Part shown: positions 23,633-35,200 of the stretch, piece by piece
How positions within the stretch are numbered: position 1 is the first letter of the stretch
How the letters are laid out: the number at the start of each line of letters is the position of its first letter
Assembly (NCBI GenBank): GCA_017499595.2
Contig: CM038999.1
Span: forward strand, 2,914,001 to 2,978,000
Length of the DNA: 64,000 nt
Direction: 5' to 3'
From: Psilocybe cubensis
Lineage: Eukaryota
Notes under the pieces: generated by a model
The model's input: only the letters and a program-made list of their open reading frames with translations
Database searches by the model: none
What the model was told of the DNA's origin: nothing
Made by a program: the position numbers and the translations under genes

Positions 23633-24984
23633 ATGTCAGAGGCAGAGACCCGCCCTGCCGCTGCCCCCCGCTACTCGCACTCCAAACGCCATGCCTCTTT
23701 TAACTCTCCAAGAGAGGTCCCTCTGCCCTCTCCCACCCACACTGACTCTAATCCCTTTGCCCTCTTCTCTGCACCCACCGAGCCACCCAGGCAGCCCCTC
23801 ACAAGACAGCTCTCTGCAGACTCCCTCATCCAGCCTCCCCGGCCCCCGATATCACGCGTCAACAGCGACCGCGCATATCCACCGTCACGGCCCTTTTCTC
23901 TGCCGCAGACAGTCCCCCCCCGTCCTGCAGAACCCGCACCTCCGCCGCCCACGCCGCCTGTTCCCCAGCCAGACGACTTGCCGTCGACTAGATTCTCCTC
24001 TGCAAGTCTCCCTCCGCCCTCCCAGATTCCCTTCCACACTCTCCCCAGAGCAAACTCTGATCTCGCCATGCCCCACCGGTTTCCTCCCCTCGACGAGATC
24101 AGCTCATCCTCGAGTAGCTCATCCCGTGACTCTATAAACACATCCGACTCGAGTGACAACGCCTCCTCTTCTGCACCGACTTCTGTCCGATCCACCTCGG
24201 ACAATCCATCGTCCCCATCCAAATCCCGCATCTCTGACTCACAATCCACAAATGACGCCTCTCATCTTCCCCGTCCACAGCCACGCCCTGTTTCTCCCTT
24301 CCGCGCCCCCCAACCCCCTCCACAGCGTCGTCCCCCTCCAACTCCCTCTGATTTCCACACTGCCATGCGTCGTTTCATGACGCCCTCATCATCCTCCGCC
24401 CCTTCGGCCACCAGTCTTCCCACCTCTTACCCGCCCCCCGAGCCCCCGGTCATTCTTCCCTATGACTCGGCCGACGATTCTACTTCTTTTTCTGCCTCCA
24501 ATTCCTCCTCGTCCACTGCTCCTGCATCTACATCATCACGCTCCCAACCACCGTATGTACCCTTTCTAAGTCATGCCCCTCCCCCGCCGGATAGCTGGAT
24601 TCAAGTCGAAACGACCATGAACGAGTATCGCCTAAATGTCCGCTTGCCCGGCTTTAGTAGAGAGGGCATCACCCTTGCAACCAAACGCAGGCGCATCCTA
24701 CATGTTGTAGCAGACAGCTGGGAAAACGGCGGAGGTGCGTCTATTTTTTTTTTCACCAGGTCAATATAATTTTCCCAATCCCTTTCCCCTTTTTAGGACA
24801 CTTTGAAAGACGGATATCGTTTGGATATGATGCGGACCTGGTCCAGGTGCGAGCAGAGTTTGATGGTGTCATGTTGAGGATTGTCGTTCCGAGGCGCACA
24901 TCTCCAGTTGTCTGGCAGTCACAGTCTTCGCGTTCAGGAGGAATTGGATACAGTGGTCCCTCGTATGGATATTCACGCGCTTAG
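23633..24984 (+). CDS. HSP20-like protein with a long Pro/Ser-rich N-terminal extension (paralogue of 15438-16035)
   Basis: YRLNVRLPGFSREGITLATKRRRILHVVADSWENGG, intron 24735-24796, then HFERRISFGYDADLVQVRAEFDGVMLRIVVPRR to TAG at 24984. Confidence 0.82.
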
Positions 24985-25700
24985 TGCCTTCAATTCATGC
25001 ACTTGTGCAAAATCGCACCCCATCCTAGGCGCATGTATTGCCCACGTTTATTTTCAGCATTACCCCGGACATTCGATATTTATCTATCCCTCCACCACAG
25101 CTCCACTTGCACGAGGCCTCTCCTCTTTCTCCGAAAACCACCTCTTTACCGGACCCTTGGACCTCCCTTGATCTTTATTTGCTTGCTTTTTTATGTTTTT
25201 TTTTTTCATCGCATCGTAACGTCAACTTCATCAAACGTCCATGAAGGATTCATCATAACGTATACCAATCATCAATATCAACATCATCATCATCAAATCA
25301 TTAACAGCAATGTTTCCATGTTCCAACAATCCACAATCATCATGATTCCAACTCGCCCCTCCATAGCATTACATTTTGCAATATAGCTCATACTGAAACG
25401 CATGTCCATCGATTCGACACAAAAAAAACGTATACCGTGCATTCGACTCCATCATATATTCTCCCCTGCAACGGACTCGGACTCGGGAAGCGGTCTTGGA
25501 TCCCATCCTTGTATTTTTTTTATGTTGTGTTTTCTTTCCGCTTTTTTTTATCTTTTTGATGGAGGAAAGGAAAAAGGCCACGCCACACCGCTTTTTTTCT
25601 TTTTAATTACTCACTCACTCACCCTCGCTGATCCATCCTACACGACCCACTGGCAGTTTTTTCGCGCATATACTCTTTTTTTTTCTTCTTACTTTTTTCC

Positions 25701-27685
25701 CTCCTCTTCCTCCTCCTCCTCCTCCTCGTCCCATGAGCTGTTTTTAATATTTGACCGTCTCTCTTGAGATCGAGCCGTTGATTATACTACTACTACCACT
25801 ATATCACACGTCCCGTTTATTATTGTTCTCCTGTTTTTTTTTTTGTTTTTTTGTTTTTGTTTTTTTACATGTATACATTACACATTACTATACTATATTG
25901 CATTTTTACCCCTCTGCTTGCCTTGTGTCTCTTTTTTCTCTCTTCTCTCTCTGTTTCTTCTTGTACGTTTGAAAGTTGAGTTGGAGGTTTAGTTTGGGTG
26001 TGAGCGGTTTGTGGTGTTGTTTGTATGCCTTGAACAAAACCCAAAACCAAACTGGTCGTCTCTTGATTCTGATTCTGTTCCTAATTTTTTCTTTTTTGTT
26101 TCGCGTCTTGTCTTGAAATTAAATTCGATTTCTCTCGTATCATCTCCCTAGCGTTGTAATATAATATATTATAATATACTCACCGTAATACATACATGCA
26201 TATGTACTACATCGGTACTTACGTTTTGTTCCTCTCTTGAGTCTCCAGTCTCCTTTTTACTGTTTACTGTTTAGTACTTGATACTTGATACTTGCAAGTA
26301 GGGTTTCTGATATCTGTAGCAACTAGCATGCATGTTGTACAGCATTAGTATTAGTATTAGTATTGCCAACCAGCGATATATTTATGTTTGTGGATTTACT
26401 TTTTTTGTGTGCGAGTTTGATTTGAGGATAGATGCTGGAAAGTGGTAAGAGGGAAGTGGGATTATGGCGCGTTTTTTATTTATGAAGGATTGAATTGAGC
26501 TTTGAGCTTCGAGGGCGAGATCGTGGTCGAGGTCGCGGTGTAGAAGTGTAGAGGTGTCGAGGTCACCTCTGGATTCTGGATTCTGGATTCTCGTTTGTAT
26601 AGTCGCGGGTCGGTTACAGTCTCGGTTGAATGAGATAATTAATAGAAGTCGAAGTGCAAATGAAAAAGTCCACCAACCAATGACGCGGACGGGCTGGCCT
26701 GGACAGGCAAGTCGGGTAGGTATTGATCAATGATATTACTTGCTTGATTGATTGCTATTGGTCCAATGGTAATAGCGATACTGCTACTTAAGAGCGGTAA
26801 CGCGGTTGGGACATCGGGACTCGGGAATCAAGATCAGGGGTTTTCGAAGCTTCGTTCAATGGTCAGGTAGCAGTGGGAGGATAGAGTCTAGAGTCTAGAC
26901 TTTAGACTCGAGAACAGAGAAACGAGGAACGGCGAACGAGGAATGAGGTGCGAAGTTGATGGTTATGGTTGACGTTATATCGCCATTGGTCCTTCACCAG
27001 TCACTAGTCATTCGTTATTGGTCTGGCCTTGAGAGTGCACGAACGACCGATGATTCATGGATGATAGATATGTAGATATGATGCTTTGATCATTGATCGG
27101 GCTTCTTTTCATTGAATTTTGAGAGCGCGTGCGCGTGTGTTTCTGCGTGTGCGTGGTGAGTTGATGGGATGGGATGGGTGAGGCGGTGCGCGTCATTTGG
27201 ATCGTCATTGGTTGCGCGCGTGTGTGCGCGCACGGTGGTATATAAGCTCTTTTAAGTTTAAAGAGTCGTTGATTGTGAATCGTGATTGGTTGGCCCTGTC
27301 GTGTATGCTTTTTCTTGGTTTTATGGTGTGCAGCCAGCCAATGGCGGAGCGTCGTTTGACATTGTGACAAGGGTCGACCGGGACCCCTCGAGTTCAGTTG
27401 CGAGATAGGTCTTCGAGATAATTGCGTTCAATTGAATTTGTGATTGTGATTGTGCCATTGTTAATGAGTGAGTTTACCAGCAGCTTCTTTCTCTTTATTG
27501 ACATTACGTGGATGCATTTCTTTGAACTCTGACAGTGTGTTGTCCTGGATAACATCATGGTTGGCATCATCGATGACACGGGCCATGTTCTTTTTGAATT
27601 CCGAAGTCGATGCAGGTGCTATCGCGGGGAATATATTTTTGCGGTGAGTTACCTCCTTGACCTTGACCTTGACCTGGACCTTGAC
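25701..27685. repeat. Low-complexity intergenic tract with short microsatellites: (tcc)n about 25701-25726, (tattag)n about 26343-26363, (tctggat)3 at 26568-26588, (ccttga)5 at 27655-27685
   Basis: Read directly from the sequence. The tract is rich in poly-T runs and has no credible ORF. Confidence 0.8.
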
Positions 27686-28534
27686 GGCGTGCCGTCCGAT
27701 TGGCGCGTTGTGTTAATATTCTTGCTTCACTCGCCAGGTTTATTTTTCGTTTTGGGGTTCCCTTGGACGCGTTGAGGCGCGTTTTGGAGGCGCGTTAAGA
27801 CTCGTTTTGGAGACGCGTCGCAATGAATCCGCCTTCAAAGTGCTGTGGCACAAGTATCCCTGTCGCTGTTTGCTAATGTCAACTTTGACCCGCCCACTGC
27901 AGGTTACATTGTAGCCACCGGAAAGCGTAATCAACTTTCAGGCCCGGTCGATTGTTGAATGCATTGGTTACTCGAGATTCTATTTCTTTTAGATTGAGAG
28001 TTGTGTTAGCAAGTGGCAAACAAGTCTAAGTGGTAAGCATACACCGACAAGTTTGAGCGCGTTGATCAACAATGACAAACTATTGCAGCCCCTTTTTTGA
28101 TCATGACCGCATCCAAACCGCGTCTCAACTCTGTGCGCCTACATCCGCTGCAGTTGCATCGACAATCTACGTGTACTGCGTCATCTTCCTTGCAAAAAAA
28201 ACATTTCACTGGCTCTCGCGACACAACGTTCACCGTTGAAAATACCATGATTCCTGGCGTTGGGTAGCAAGAGGTCGCGGTTTTACTGAACTGTTATGGC
28301 TCAAATATACCTCTGCACCTACTTGCGAACTCCATATGAATCCTTGCGCGTCATGCAGCATACGGCGCTCCCATCGCTTTAGTGGTTTCAGTCGTGGTCC
28401 ACAAATATATCATCGATTACGCGCAAATCCTCCTTTCAATGAACAAGCAGTCCGAGTCGAAATGAGAAATGCAATTGCCTTTGGACACAGCAACTGTCTG
28501 AGCTCTGACGGTAGACCGCCTACTTCGCTGCGCG

Positions 28535-31500
28535 ATGTCTGGACAGCAGCGTACTAGCATGGGTGCAGGCACCCTGCGCCATGGATCATCCTCGTCTCAT
28601 TCGTCCCATTCACACCCCGGTGGTGCTGGTGCTGGTGCTGGTACAATGAACGGCACGGAGAACACGTACGATAGCGCGTCTTCTCCTTCTTCTGCTGCTG
28701 CTGCTGAAAGACACCCGAATCCATGTCTTACGCCTGCCCAGCGGCTCATCGAGCGGTACGAGCGACTGAACACGCCTCCGCCCCCGCAGACTCCGCCATC
28801 GGAAAGATCGACGTTCCGTCGAGAGTATCGAACGGACGATGCGTCTGCGTCTGTCGAAAGACGGTACAGTGCAGGCACAGGCGCGCTGAGGACCCCTCTG
28901 GATGCGGAATCCCACAGAACCAGCGGCTCGGGGATGAAGAAAGATCGTTCGCCGATTAGGCAGAGCTTGAAGAATCTGTTTTCGGTACTCAAGAAAGGTG
29001 CTGGTGGATTGACGAAGAAGAGGCCGGAAGAACGTGAATCGCTTCTTGCATTGGGAGCGGCTGGGGTAGGATTAGCAGGAGCGGTTCATCCTTACTCTGA
29101 AGATTCTGTGAGGGGTATAAACAAAGCACTACCTCCACTCGCAGATGCTTCTGGTCGACCAAAAAAGAAGATGACGGGGTCGTTGCATTACCTCACTCAT
29201 AGCTCATCCTCTCCGGACTCGATCTCGTGGGCGGCGTGTAGTGTAACGCTCGAGCCAGAAACCCATAAACTCCAGGTTTCATCTTTCACTCCTGCCTCAG
29301 GCAATCTTCCGGGTGAAGGAATGGAACTGCATATACATGAAATTGCTTTAAGTCGATGTGTCAATATACGCTCGCTCTCAACCGCGCAATTGACTTCAAA
29401 GGAGGCACAACTTTTGCTGGAAGAGGGAGGAACACAGGGAATTGATGCACTGAAGGTATTTGAAATTTTATTCGAGGAAGGTAGTGGACGCTCGAATGAA
29501 AAATTTGCTGCTCGTTCTGTGCGAGAGAGAGCGGGATGGATTGGTGCTATCTGGTATGTTGCTTGTGGCATGCGAAAAGAATGCAAGCTGAATTACTCTT
29601 ATCCAGGGATGCTATCTTACCTATCCAAGACGCTAAAGAATATAGACCACGAACGGACCAAATACAAGATGCTGCTTGTGCACCTTCAGTGTGTCAACAA
29701 CCAGTCAAATATCCAGTGTCGAGCCCTCGGTCGGACGCGCCTGTCAGTCCAACATACTTGGAAAGATCTCTTCCAGCTCTACCTCCAAAATCACCCATTT
29801 CACCTCCTGCTACTCTTCCGTTGTCGTTACCGCCTGTAGCACCGCTATTTACTCCAAAGAAAGGTCCAAGTCTTCACCTAGACCTATCTGAATTTAAAAC
29901 ACCAATTTCACCTCCACACACGAGCCAACGTACATCTCACAACCGTGGTCAACTTACGCCGAGCGAAAGGGTTATATCTCCTAGCATATATCCACCTACT
30001 TCGCGGCCAGTGTCCACGTTTATCGCATCCCCCATTAGCCCAACGTCTGGTCTGACCGTAGGCTCTGGATCACCGTGCCCTAACAGTCCATCTATACGAA
30101 ATCTCAGCCAGCTTTCGGTTGTGAGGCAGCGCCTAGCACAGATTGAGCGCAATCACTCTGAGCTGTCTGCAGAGAGCAGGTATTCCAGTGCTTGTACCAC
30201 GCCGACGTCGGGTCCTGTGTCCCCGGCAGGCTCAGGGTGGTCGAAAAGGGAAGCTGTGTTCTATAACGCGGGGACGAGAACAGGGGTTATGTCCAGATCC
30301 AGTTCAAAGGCGGGATCTAGCAAAGTTGTCTCGCCTTTGAATCAAGTATCAACACCTGATTTCTCAAGGAAGACAGAGGATTCGGGACAAGGCAAAGACG
30401 ATGTCACCCCAAAGGCCAAGTCTCAACACAAAAGCAAAACAGCTACGGATAGTACCCCTACTTGGACAATGGATTTGTGTTCCAAAGATGATATGCGCAA
30501 ACTCTCGCGCGAAGTTACAAGCATCCGTAATGTGCTCGGTAGAGAAACTGGAAATCGCAGTGTGCAAGAAATCGTCATCGGCCTAGAGCAGCGCGCACAA
30601 GGCGACAAGAAAGATTTGCGCGCTATCAAGGATACCCTCAAAGTCTTAGGGGATCAAGTGGCGGAAGTTGTCGAAACAACAAAGACCAGAACAATGGCGG
30701 ACGCTCCTCCTCCGTCAACCATCCCTTTGGAACGGGAAAAGTCGGAAAAGGAAGATCGAAAAATTGTACAAGCCCTCAATGAAGTCAAGGAGCGGTTATA
30801 TACCGACTTGCCGGTGCTGGTCAGCAAACTGCAAGATATCCAAAATGCCCAAGAAAAGGTCGCAAGCAGTGCTATAGTCAACGCAACATCGCAGCCTGCG
30901 GCAGTTCCTCCAGAAGATCTTTCTAAGAGTATGGATCCCAAGTTACTACTCGATAAACTGGAGGAAGTTAAAAAATTGTGTCAATCTCCTGAGCGAGGAA
31001 ACACAGATGATACAATTAAAAATGAGGTTACTGGATTACAAGAGGTACCACTTTATTCATGTATTGCTTTTGAATTACCTTTACTAATCTAATTTTTAGA
31101 GTTTAACTAAGCTCCTCGCTATAGTTCAAGAAGATGGAAATAAACAAACTCTTTTGGCTCAGCAGCAAGCTGACAGTGTTCGTTATTTGAATGAGCTCAA
31201 CTCGGTGGGTGATCTCTATCCCATTTATAAAAATAGGTTTTCTGAACCTCTACGTCGGCAGTGGCTTGAATCTTTCGTAAACAATGGCACATCCCAGATT
31301 CAGGGTATCTCGGCCAACATCGAACGTCTGTGCAACGATCTCGGGGCAGGTCCTTCCAGGCCAGGAACCCCAGGTGCCCGGTCAAATCTAGTGAATGATA
31401 TCCGTCAGCTCGTGGCAGGAATGAAAGCCAGAGACCAAAATTTTGCCTCTCTCCAGGCTGCAGTACACGGTCTCCTTGAAGTGCTAACCGTCTCCCAAAC

Positions 31501-32166
31501 GCAGCAAGGTGCAGGTTAGTGGTTGTTCTTTTTAGCTCTTCTTCGTGATCATGCTTAGGATGAACTTTAAAACGCATTAGATTCGCAGGCTATTGCTGGG
31601 CTAATGGAACGACAGCGACATGCCCAAGAGGCCATGTTCAGGGCTTTTACCAGTGGTGAATATATTGCGACCGTTCATATACTCTTCATAGTTAACATTT
31701 CTGCAGAAATATCTGGCGAAATTAAAGGAGAGCGGCTTAGGTTCGTAGATGCTATGAAAGAAGCAACGGCCATCAACGTACAATGTAAGAAAGAAACCCT
31801 GATGCTTTGCGACTTGTTAACATGGGTCTGATGCAACTTGCAGTACATGTCGAGCAGTTTAAACAGGAACTCAACAAAGAAGTGATGGCCATGACAGAAG
31901 AAGTGGGGCGTCTCCACCGTGAAAAACAACAAATAGAGAACCAAATATCAGATCTATTTTCTTTTTACTCGAAACACAAGCAAGCAGAAATGGTACCGTT
32001 ACAGTTTAATTTATTTCTACACACCCTCATTGCTGAGGATTCTTAGCCTTTGCAGGCCATTCAAAATACAGGAATACCAGGAAGGTACCCACAAGAGACG
32101 CCTCGAGCAAATATACCGAGATCAAACCAGCACCGAGCGCTGTCTCATTATCCGCGTCCGCGGTAA
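28535..32166 (+). CDS. Uncharacterised protein with a PH-like domain and C-terminal coiled coils
   Basis: Multi-exon gene (introns about 29554-29607, 31045-31099 and several more, stop TAA at 32166). KMTGSLHYL...FEILFE...EKFAARSVRERAGWIGAIWDA resembles a PH fold ending in the Trp helix. Heptad-rich C-terminus (EEVGRLHREKQQIENQISDL). Confidence 0.7.
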
Positions 32167-32231
32167 TTTCCAGTGTGTGGGATTGAATTAAATCAAGAAA
32201 ATAATTAAATGATATAGAGCAAATATTTGCT

Positions 32232-35200
32232 CTATGCATGGTCGGCATTGATTTGACGAGCGGTTGCTGCAATCCTGAAGTTGGTTGGCACAACCGTGTG
32301 TCTGAAAACAAGCAGGGTGAGGGAAAGAGGTGATTGGTCAAGGGCACATACGTACTCGTAGTAATTTTGGACAGCATTGCCGTCCATCACAAGGATATCA
32401 CCCTATTTTCGTGGTCAAAAGACTAACTTTTTTGCGGTACGAAATATCTTACATGGCGGAGAACGATGCTTAAAAGTATTCCTCGCTTCCTTCGTTCTGG
32501 GTCATGTTTCGCGAGGAGGCGAAAGTGCATTAGAGCTGGTGACCCTAAAGACAAACCTGCAACCACAGGACCAAGTCCCTTTTCATTATCGCTGTGAAAC
32601 TTGCAATGAGCAGAATGAGTAAGTTTAATTTGTATATGATATTGCTAAACTGACTCACTGCCATTTTTTGCCTCTCCATGTAGGCGGCGCTAGATGAAAG
32701 CGGATTTTAATCAGAAGAAATGGATCTAAAGAGTTTGCGGACCTCAAGACTTCGTTAAATTGGGCAGGGATATTCAGAGCCTGCAAGACACGTTTCTGCA
32801 TGAAGTCACGGGCGCGAACAACCGCAAGGGGAGCTTGGTCAAAAGGTACAGTGTGCGCATCTCCTCCAACGTACTGGACTCAAACGAATGAAAACGTGTA
32901 AAACTATGTTGCAAGGTCTACATACTTTGTATGGCGCACCCGCTAGGAACACACGTCAAAAATGAAACCGATACCATGAAAAACACACACACAATTTTGT
33001 GAAAAATAATTAGTCAACAAAGAACCCCTGCCTATACTCTAATGATCAGTAGGGATAACAATTGACGATGAAGGGGTATACATTTGTGCTTATAATTGAG
33101 GATTGTGAGAAAACAATCAAATCGAGTTATAAAGCATTCCGACTCACAGCTCTCATAGGCCAACGACGAAATTTAAGATCACCACTCATCGCTTGCGTCT
33201 GATAGTCTGAAAATATTGAATCTGCTTCTTCTCTGCCCAACGCGTTACCGGGTTGTATATGATGGATTTTGGCGCTGAAGAAATGTCAATGTTTCGATTT
33301 CCGGTCAACAAGATTGGCCGACCTATTGTGGGGTAAGATGAAGGTGACCACAGTGCCTCTGCCTTTGTCATGTCGGAAACTTCTTGGAGACAGTTGAATA
33401 ATATCTGTGTATACAGCAATCAGTGGATATACATAACGGTAGCAATATTTATCTACCAGGTATAGAGTTTAGAGAATAATTTTTGATACTCGACGATGGG
33501 GTTTGATATAGAAGGCCTGACGCCTCACGAATTGCAGGTGCAGACGGCACCTGGTTCTGGATATAACATAGTCAGTCAGTATAGAGAAATTCAGACCAAA
33601 CACGTACACCGCAATTTCGACACTGCCACATTTCCCATTGATACCTACAAGCCTTTTAATCACCAGGTTGGTGGCAAAGTTCTGTAAACGGACCTGCAAG
33701 AAAGACGGCCACATTTATCGCAGTGAAAGCCTCTCGTAAAAGCATAGGCCGTTTTGTCTTTGATATCTAAAGAGCGGACAGGTGCAGGCATCAGGGTCCC
33801 AAAACCTACTGGAATTGGCATCGAAGGGGTCAGCTGAATGAAGTCACGAGAGTATTCAAGATTATCGGGGAGCATTTGTCCGTTAGGCAGCGTAAAGAAC
33901 TTGGAGCAATCTGGGTTTAGGCATGTCCAGGACAAGTCATACACTTGAGGATAAGGTTTGGAACAAAAAAGACAAGATTGCTTGATTCTTTCTTGGGAAC
34001 CAAGGAGTGACCTTCGAGACATAAGATCTCATTTCTTCCAGAAATAAATGAACTCACTTCTTTGAGTCAATATCATCTTCGTCGTCGGCTTTATGACTGA
34101 GAGAAGATAATGTTTAGTCAACAAGAGAATGTGAGGTAGAAAAGGGGGTAATTGATCAACCTTATAATGCCCTTCAGTTCTGATGCAGCATCTGAGTGAG
34201 TAAACGTAAGAGATATAATTTAATTGAAATGATCGAAAAGAGAAGGTACCATGGTTATTAGACCACTGGGACATAACAGTCGTAGTAAATCCTGTCGCGT
34301 TGCAACCCTCTGCAATAATTTCAGCACGAGCGGTGTCATTCAAGTCATCATTGGCAGCACTGGGAACACTGAAACAACTTTCGTCGCTTGCTTCTTTATG
34401 CCACCACGGAATGCCCTTATCAAAGTACGGGCAAGTTAATTCTCGGAATGGTAATGTAGTAGTGATTGATTACCTGGTCATCGCACCATCTGAATGCAAA
34501 TTTGTATCTTACAACGCGGCCGCTCTCGTTATTTGACGGTTGGTATTCAGCTGATTGCATTAATTTAGAACGGTGCAAGTTCAAGTAGCGAATTCGCGCT
34601 TACCCCAAGCGTCCGAAATCGTGTAAAATCCAAGAACAGCATACGAGACATTTTTTGCTTTGAGATCATAAGGGAAAAGAGCATATCTTTCGTCCACTAA
34701 TAGTACGAGTGGTCGATTATTTTGATAAGTATTCCAGAGCGCACGAACTGATTTATCTTGCGCCAATTGGTCAGTGGCTGGCTGAGACGATAGTTGTCCT
34801 TGCTTGGAGTGGATACTTTCAGCCTTACCACCTCTGTACAAGCAATGAGAACAGGAAAAAAAGATGGATAAAAGAAAGAAGACAGACCCGTGGGAAATGA
34901 TTAAACGACCACCGTGCGCAAAGGTATCACGTCTGGATGATATGCTGCATTTCAGCAAATCGAAAATATGTGGATATTTCACGGATCGCACCTGGCAGGA
35001 AACCCCCCCAAAAGATATCCTTTGGCCACATTATGAGCATGGTAGACACCACCTTGATAGCTGCGAAACCAGTCGAATGATTCGCAGATCTCTTGCCGAG
35101 ACTATTGAAAGCATTAGTTGTAGTCTGTATTTGAAGCCGAGTAAGCTAACCTCGGCCCAAAGGGGGGGCAAAAATTGCAATGGAGTTTTGGGAAACCTGC

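Noticed and set aside
23671-24249. 192-aa Gly-rich minus-strand ORF
   Set aside because: Antisense mirror of the Pro/Ser-rich region of the HSP20-like gene.
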